Assembly (NCBI GenBank): GCA_020696385.1
Contig: JAEHCQ010000003.1
Span: forward strand, 64,001 to 128,000
Source: Methanobacteriota archaeon
Lineage (GTDB): Archaea > Thermoplasmatota > Thermoplasmata > SG8-5 > JAGLSY01
Reading direction: 5' to 3'
DNA length: 64,000 bases
Shown piece by piece: positions 57,925-64,000 of this stretch. A model generated the notes under the pieces. The model saw only the letters and a program-made list of their open reading frames with translations. It ran no database searches and was not told where the DNA came from. The stretch's first letter is position 1. Each line of letters opens with the position of its first letter. Made by a program: the position numbers and the translations under genes.

Positions 57925-60849
57925 GTGAGGAAGATGAAAAAAGCAGCCGTATTGATTATAAGCTTTGCAATGATCTTCAGCTCTTTCTTTATGATGCTGG
58001 ACATGAACGGGAATGTCGAGGGTAAGGATATTGTTCCTGCTCCACTATTCTCAGGACTGGGAACAGGATCCCTCGCAGACCCATATCAGATAACTGATGT
58101 TAACCAGCTTCAGGAAATGGAAATGGATCTGCATGCCAATTATACTTTGATGAATGACATCGATGCCAGTGCGACAGCAGGCTGGAATTTTAATGCCACC
58201 TCCTTGGAATTTGAGGGCTTCGATCCAATCGGCGTGTCATGGTTAACATCGTTCAATGGAACCTTGGACGGCCAGAGCTTCAAAATAATCAACCTGACCA
58301 TCAACCGCCCGGCAACAAGTTATGTGGGTTTGTTCGGATTCATGGGCGATACAGCTGAAATTATCAATACTGCTTTGATCAACAATAATATCACAGGAAA
58401 TAATTCAGTTGGTGGCTTCGTTGGATATAATCTTGACGGCACCATATTGAACTCCTACAGCACGGGGAATGTCAGCGGGAATAATTTTATTGGCGGCTTT
58501 GCAGGAGATAATGGTGGCGGCACGTTCATGAGCTGCTACAGTACATGTAGTGCCAGCGGAATGAGTTATGTTGGCGGCTTTGCAGGAAGTGGTCATGGCA
58601 GCATCACGAACTGCTACTCAACCGGAAATGTCACCGGAGGTTGGAATGTTGGCGGCTTCATCGGAACTAATAGTTGCACGATCACGAACTCCTACAGTTC
58701 GGGTAGTGCCACCGGGAATGAATTTTACGGCTACATGGCTGGAGGCTTCGTTGGATTGAATTATGAAACCATCACGAACTGCTACAGCACGGGGAATGCC
58801 GATGGAACTGTCGGTATGGAGTATATTGGCGGCTTCCTTGGATATAATTGTTATGGCACGGTCTCGAACTCCTACAGCACTGGTAGTGCCACCGGAACTA
58901 TGGAGTCTGTTGGCGGCTTCTGCGGATATAATGATAATGGCACGGTCAAGAGCTCCTACAGCACAGGCAGTGCCAACGGAACAACTTGTGTTGGCGGCTT
59001 CGTTGGATCTAACTTCTTTGGCAATATCACGAACTCCTACAGCATAGGCAGTGCCGATGGAACTGGAAATAATATTGGCGGCTTCCTTGGATTTAACTTC
59101 TTTGGCAATATCACGAACAGCTCCAGCACTGGTAGTGCCAGTGGGGATGACTTTGTTGGCGGATTCTCTGGGTATAGTGTTGGCGAAGACATCCTGAATT
59201 GCTACAGCACAGGTAGTGCTAGTGGAAATTGGCTTGTTGGCGGCTTTATTGGATATCAAAATAGCACCCACACCAGGAGCTGCTATAGCATCGGCAGTTC
59301 CAGCGGAATAAGTCAATATGGCGACGGCGGATTCGCTGGAGCTAGTGGCGGTTTGATCACGGATTGCTACTGGGACATGCAGGCCTCTGGAAATCTGACC
59401 AGTGATGGACAAGTATCTGGAAATATTACTGTCGAGATGAAACAACAAATAACATACACTAATAGCTGGGGGAATATCTATGGCTGGGATTTCATAAATG
59501 ATTGGGGAATAATTGAGACCATGACATATCCCTTCCTTATTCCAATGATCCCTCTGATAACCACAACTGATGTTATTGGAATGTATGACACATATGAGGA
59601 TGACCTGTATTCTGTCGATCTTCAAGCCGATATGTCCCCTGTGCCGGGCATCGCTTCCTCCATTACATGGTCGATAATGAGTAATGCCAGTTGGCTTTCC
59701 ATTGACAATAATGGCCTATTGTCCGGGGTGCCGATCAATGAGGATTTGGGCATTTACAAGGTGAATGTTACAGCAACAGATTCTGTTGGAAGAATTGGCT
59801 ATTATAACTTCACCCTGGCTGTGGAGAATACCGCACCCTGCATTATAACCAGTGATGTCAGCACCACCAATACCGACGCATTGTACGAGGTGGATTATGA
59901 TTCAAACGATGACCCAAGCACCACATGGAGCCTGGCCGGGAATGCTACCGGCTGGCTTTCAATTGATAATGATGGTATTCTTTCTGGAACCCCAAGCAAT
60001 ACTCAGGCTGGCACCTATAATGTAGAAGTGACAGTCAATGACGGAAATGGCGGAATAGACACCAATATTTTCACCCTCACAGTGAATCTGGACTCCGATA
60101 ATGATGGTATTGCAGATATAACCGACCTTGACGATGATAATGATGGCACACCAGACATAAATGACGATTTACCATTCGACCCTACTGAAAACACTGACAC
60201 CGACAGCGACGGAATCGGCAACAATGTAGATCTAGATGATGATAATGACGGATGGAATGATGCCATCGAAATAGCAGGGGGCTTTGACCCCTTGGATGAT
60301 ATAGATTATCCAACAGACGAGGATGACGATGGTATTGCAGATTTCATGGACCCTGACTTCCTCACTGTGACCGAGTACAATAACATCACCCTCTACAACA
60401 ACGGAACAGCGAACCTCACTGCGGACTCCGACGGCGACGGATGGAGTGATATAGTTGAGATGCTGGCGGGCACAGATCCAGAGGATGATACCACAATGCC
60501 TTCTGATGCAGACGGAGATGGAATAGCAGATTTCATGGATACAGATTTCCTCACAACCGAAGTTGAGGTTCTGGTTCCCGAATATAATAACAATACCATC
60601 TGGAACAATGGTACTGCCGATCCACAAACTGAAACCATCACCGAGACCCCGGTATGGGCATGGGGAGCTGTGATCGCGGCGGTTGTCTTGGGAGTACTGG
60701 CAGCTATTGGATTCATGCGCGGTGGTAGTGGTGGAAAACCGGAACTGGATAGTGCATCCGAGCAAGAGCAAGAGCAAGAGCAAGAGCAAGAGCAAGAGCC
60801 CGATGGTGATGCAGTGGATGAGAGCGACGAGCCCAGCTTAACAAACTGA
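57925..60849 (+). CDS. Surface protein with GLUG repeats, Ig/cadherin-like domains, TSP3-like repeats and a TM anchor
   Basis: GTGS.ADPYQI, GGF.G.N repeats, WLSID..G.LSG.P, DxDxDG repeats, C-terminal TM. Confidence 0.88.
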   Translation: MRKMKKAAVLIISFAMIFSSFFMMLDMNGNVEGKDIVPAPLFSGLGTGSLADPYQITDVNQLQEMEMDLHANYTLMNDIDASATAGWNFNATSLEFEGFDPIGVSWLTSFNGTLDGQSFKIINLTINRPATSYVGLFGFMGDTAEIINTALINNNITGNNSVGGFVGYNLDGTILNSYSTGNVSGNNFIGGFAGDNGGGTFMSCYSTCSASGMSYVGGFAGSGHGSITNCYSTGNVTGGWNVGGFIGTNSCTITNSYSSGSATGNEFYGYMAGGFVGLNYETITNCYSTGNADGTVGMEYIGGFLGYNCYGTVSNSYSTGSATGTMESVGGFCGYNDNGTVKSSYSTGSANGTTCVGGFVGSNFFGNITNSYSIGSADGTGNNIGGFLGFNFFGNITNSSSTGSASGDDFVGGFSGYSVGEDILNCYSTGSASGNWLVGGFIGYQNSTHTRSCYSIGSSSGISQYGDGGFAGASGGLITDCYWDMQASGNLTSDGQVSGNITVEMKQQITYTNSWGNIYGWDFINDWGIIETMTYPFLIPMIPLITTTDVIGMYDTYEDDLYSVDLQADMSPVPGIASSITWSIMSNASWLSIDNNGLLSGVPINEDLGIYKVNVTATDSVGRIGYYNFTLAVENTAPCIITSDVSTTNTDALYEVDYDSNDDPSTTWSLAGNATGWLSIDNDGILSGTPSNTQAGTYNVEVTVNDGNGGIDTNIFTLTVNLDSDNDGIADITDLDDDNDGTPDINDDLPFDPTENTDTDSDGIGNNVDLDDDNDGWNDAIEIAGGFDPLDDIDYPTDEDDDGIADFMDPDFLTVTEYNNITLYNNGTANLTADSDGDGWSDIVEMLAGTDPEDDTTMPSDADGDGIADFMDTDFLTTEVEVLVPEYNNNTIWNNGTADPQTETITETPVWAWGAVIAAVVLGVLAAIGFMRGGSGGKPELDSASEQEQEQEQEQEQEPDGDAVDESDEPSLTN
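60761..60798 (+). repeat. Coding microsatellite (GAGCAA)n encoding EQ repeats
   Basis: About six perfect units in the cytoplasmic tail. Confidence 0.85.
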
Positions 60850-61016
60850 TGTCTCTGCATGAGGTCTATTTATTTTTGATCTTCCAATGCTTTAGCTATT
60901 TTTTCCAGTCCACTATAGATTATTCCGCCTCCTACTACGAATCCTACAAATACCATAGTGCCTGCAATTATGTATGCGATCTCAATGTCCATCTATTCAC
61001 TTTCTTCGTCACTCTA

Positions 61017-61277
61017 TCAAGCCTTATCCACCCATTTATCCTTGTTCTTTAACCCCACGCTCATGTAGATGACTCCGATGACCAGGATGCCCATGAATAC
61101 CGGGCTGACTGTGGCTGAGAAGATGATACCCAATGGTATCAATGAGATCCCCAGGGTGTACAGGGCCTTGTAATCTGTTTGTTTATCCATGCCCTGTTTT
61201 CTACGATGTGTGGCTACTATTGCCCCCAGAACAAGGGTGATGATCAATGCTGTTAATATTAAGATAATTAATTCCAT
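61017..61277 (-). CDS. Small membrane protein
   Basis: Three hydrophobic segments; TDY...G and GL.NKDKW motifs. Confidence 0.7.
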   Translation of the reverse strand: MELIILILTALIITLVLGAIVATHRRKQGMDKQTDYKALYTLGISLIPLGIIFSATVSPVFMGILVIGVIYMSVGLKNKDKWVDKA

Positions 61278-61384
61278 TTATTCACCTGCTCTATAATAAG
61301 AATATTGCTTTTAGAGTATATAATAAAACTGGAAAGTAATGACCATTTTTGAATCAATTCAGGCGTGAGGGGCCTAATCCTGTT

Positions 61385-62032
61385 CTATTCACCTGCAAGC
61401 TTCCATCTCTCTGCTTCCAGCCTATCATCTTCGGCCTCATCCCCCTTATCCAGAGCCTCAAATGCCTTAGCTCTTGCTGAATAGGCTCTGACAAGCCCCT
61501 GCCAGTTCTCAATTGGGAGAAGAATGTCCAGGGCCTTTGTAGATGAAATAACAATCTCATCCGCTCCTCCTGGAATGATTCCAGCTCCCACTAGGTCGGA
61601 TCTCAATATCCAGTACCAGCCGAGACCTTGCTTGTGATCGAAATCATCTTCTTTCTCGAAGAGGAGCTTTGCCTCCTCCATGAGTTCGAGCCCTTTCTCG
61701 ATCTTCCCACTCATGAAATTGGTCGCGCTGTAATCTATCAGGTTCCTGCCCAGGGTGAGGCTGTTCCCACATTCCCTGGCTAACAGGATCCCACGCTCAC
61801 TGACCTCAACAGCATCTGGCAGGCGGTCGATTTGCCTGAATATATTGGCCTGGCGCATGAGGCAGTAGGCCATCACTCTTTTGAACTCAGTTTCTGGGAC
61901 TGTATTATCTAAATTGTTGATCTCTATCTCGACATCCTGGTAGACCTTGAGGGCGCCTTCCAGGTCGTCCTTGCACTCGAGGTTCATCAGTGCATTCTCG
62001 ATCTCTTCTTCCAAGTTCTTGATATCTTTCAT
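61385..62032 (-). CDS. Hypothetical all-helical (TPR-like) protein
   Basis: Helical repeat pattern; translationally coupled to the upstream gene. Confidence 0.65.
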   Translation of the reverse strand: MKDIKNLEEEIENALMNLECKDDLEGALKVYQDVEIEINNLDNTVPETEFKRVMAYCLMRQANIFRQIDRLPDAVEVSERGILLARECGNSLTLGRNLIDYSATNFMSGKIEKGLELMEEAKLLFEKEDDFDHKQGLGWYWILRSDLVGAGIIPGGADEIVISSTKALDILLPIENWQGLVRAYSARAKAFEALDKGDEAEDDRLEAERWKLAGE

Positions 62033-62955
62033 ATAGATTTCACCACGGTTATAACAACATGACCCTTTTTATGTCCTTTGTCAACATATTTGTGGGCCTC
62101 CACGATCTGCTCCATCGGGTAAGTCCTGTCTATGACTGGCCTTATACTTCCCTTTTCCACCAGTTCTTTCAGAAGGACCAGGTCTTGTGTCGTCAGCTTG
62201 TCTCCGTATTTCTTATGGACATCAAGATATTTTCCACCTTCCTTCAGACACTTTTTGCCTTGTGAGGCCGAGGTCTTGTGTACTGCATCAAAGACAATAT
62301 CATACTTTTCGCCAGTCTGGGTGTAATCTTCCTTGGTGTAATCAATTACCTTATCTGCCCCTAGGGATCGGACCAATTCCAAATTGCTGGTACTGCACAC
62401 TCCTGTGACCTCTGCTCCATAATGCTTGGCCATCTGCACGGCATAGGTACCTACACTTCCAGAAGCGCCATAGATGAGAACTTTCTGTCCCTTTTGGATA
62501 TCAGCCTCCTTTATGGCGGCCATTGCTGTAACCCCGCCAGTGGGAACGGCTGTGGCTTCCTGGTAGGTCAGATTTGTGGGTTTCAATGCCACCAGGCCTC
62601 CTTTTTCCCCTCCGCCGTCCTCGGGCATACACTTGTACTCGGCATAACCACCGAACCCAAAGCCAGTCATTGCAAAGACCTGGTCGCCTGGCTTGAATTT
62701 TTTCACGCCCTTGCCTACTGCTTCGACTTCCCCAGCACACTCCATTCCCAGTACTGTGAATTTCTTGGGTCTGAAGAGACCATTGACCAGCCTTACGAGA
62801 AATGGATCTGCCTTTCGCAGTCTGGTATCTCCTACATGGGCTGTCGTCGCATGTACTTTTATCAGTACCTCATTGCTCTTGGGTACTGGCTTTTCAACCT
62901 CTTTGAGTTGGAGGACTTCCGGCCCTCCGTAATTCTCATACACAATTGCTTTCAT
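62029..62955 (-). CDS. NAD(P)-dependent MDR-family oxidoreductase (quinone oxidoreductase-like)
   Basis: [38 protein letters not shown] motifs. Confidence 0.9.
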   Translation of the reverse strand: MKAIVYENYGGPEVLQLKEVEKPVPKSNEVLIKVHATTAHVGDTRLRKADPFLVRLVNGLFRPKKFTVLGMECAGEVEAVGKGVKKFKPGDQVFAMTGFGFGGYAEYKCMPEDGGGEKGGLVALKPTNLTYQEATAVPTGGVTAMAAIKEADIQKGQKVLIYGASGSVGTYAVQMAKHYGAEVTGVCSTSNLELVRSLGADKVIDYTKEDYTQTGEKYDIVFDAVHKTSASQGKKCLKEGGKYLDVHKKYGDKLTTQDLVLLKELVEKGSIRPVIDRTYPMEQIVEAHKYVDKGHKKGHVVITVVKSI

Positions 62956-62957
62956 TC

Positions 62958-63698
62958 TTATTCCACCTGAGATTCTGAAATAGTGTTTGATGCATTAAAT
63001 CCTTTGGCTATAAGCCAGACTGCGAAGACCATTTCCTGGACCGCTATGGGCAGGGACATGATGGCCGGGTCATATCCAAAGAATGTGGCTACACCATAAA
63101 CGAATACCATGGCTGCTCCAATAAATCCCCAGCCAGCAAGCCAACGAGGTACCAGACCTGCCCTGTGCACCTGATAGTATATTACCAGTCCACCGAGTCC
63201 AAGGAATATCATCGTCCCTATCCTGAAGGCCAGGTCATAATGGCCCATTAGCTCCGATGATTGGGCTACAAAAAGAGCGGTGTCTGTTCCAGAGGAAACA
63301 TAGTCCTGACTCAGTGCCACAATATCCATAATATAAATTATTGCTATTAATATGAAAACAGTTTCCAGTATCCTGAAAATACCATAGCTTGCTGCCAGGG
63401 TCTTGTTTGACTCCTTGAGTACAGGGTACATGTAAATGCCAATTCCGGCAACTGAGGCTGCCAGTATCATCCAGCAAACCATGGATATTGCCATTGAACC
63501 CTGATTCTCAGCAACCACGATGGGATCGATGGTCTCCCCTAGGAGGGGGAACATGAAGATTATGGCAACAAAGGTTATTGCGGTTGCCAGTATGAACAGG
63601 TATCCCACTATTTTTGCGGTCTTCCTGCTGTTTGCGTTCTCCTTTCCAAGCACATTTTTTGTCATATTTGTCATATTTATGTTTTCCATATTCATCAC
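62958..63698 (-). CDS. DUF4386 family membrane protein
   Basis: [38 protein letters not shown] motifs. Confidence 0.82.
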   Translation of the reverse strand: MMNMENINMTNMTKNVLGKENANSRKTAKIVGYLFILATAITFVAIIFMFPLLGETIDPIVVAENQGSMAISMVCWMILAASVAGIGIYMYPVLKESNKTLAASYGIFRILETVFILIAIIYIMDIVALSQDYVSSGTDTALFVAQSSELMGHYDLAFRIGTMIFLGLGGLVIYYQVHRAGLVPRWLAGWGFIGAAMVFVYGVATFFGYDPAIMSLPIAVQEMVFAVWLIAKGFNASNTISESQVE

Positions 63699-63799
63699 CT
63701 TTTTGTTTTCTATCTAAAACAGAGTATGCTTCCAAATTACACAATGTTTGAGCCATACATATCTTGTAGTTTAAATACGATGGGCGCGATCAGGGTAAT

Positions 63800-64000
63800 A
63801 TGAGAAAAGTAGTCATTGAAATCAAACCCAATGAGATTACAAGAGAAGCAAGCAGATCAACTTTTGAGAATATCTATTCATATGAAGTTCTGGAAGTAAT
63901 AAAGATCGATTATGCTGGCGGCATATTTGTTGATATAATAGAATGTACCACAAAAGAGGATGTCTTGATTAAAGACCTAAAGATCATAGGCAATATGGAG
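63800..64000 (+). CDS. Partial CDS (3' truncated), possibly a transcription regulator
   Basis: Open frame MRKVVIEIKPNE... running to the window edge, divergent from the DUF4386 operon. Confidence 0.5.
   Translation, partial: MRKVVIEIKPNEITREASRSTFENIYSYEVLEVIKIDYAGGIFVDIIECTTKEDVLIKDLKIIGNME

Noticed and set aside
58618-59625. 335-aa antisense ORF (and similar antisense ORFs within the large repeat genes and pnp)
   Set aside because: These are shadows of repetitive or codon-biased sense genes, with no independent motifs.
60761-60798. Phase-variation switch at (GAGCAA)n
   Set aside because: The unit length of 6 keeps the frame and it lies in the C-terminal tail, so slippage would not switch expression.

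Overview
Archaeal chromosomal window, most consistent with an uncultured Thermoplasmata-type organism (inference). Evidence: a tRNA-Ser intron at 37/38, tRNA-Gln with A1-U72, TATA/BRE-type promoters, archaeal-type UppS and HTH regulators. Housekeeping content: glnA (partial), cysteine synthase, serC-like/serA/DUF1015, uppS, gcvPA/PB, bcd-etfB-Fd/etfA, aminopeptidase, thioredoxin and three tRNAs (Thr-TGT, Gln-CTG, Ser-CGA with intron). It also encodes several very large surface proteins (4024, 2255 and 974 aa) and a small low-GC defence-like island (BRO-N, Imm5-like, DUF4365-TPR, AbiV-like). The most unusual observations are: (1) a full bacterial-type glutaminyl-tRNA synthetase next to tRNA-Gln and a full bacterial-type PNPase, both classically regarded as absent from archaea; (2) five of the six tRNA termini are flanked by short hairpin-rich inserts containing both a direct and an inverted copy of that terminus, with a related duplication at the uppS 3' end; (3) three copies of a ~140-170 bp two-hairpin element resembling IS200/IS605 ends; (4) a 64-bp direct repeat bracketing a low-GC gene like a cassette. 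No CRISPR array, rRNA, integrase, transposase or reverse transcriptase was seen. All family calls come from motif recognition by eye, not database searches.
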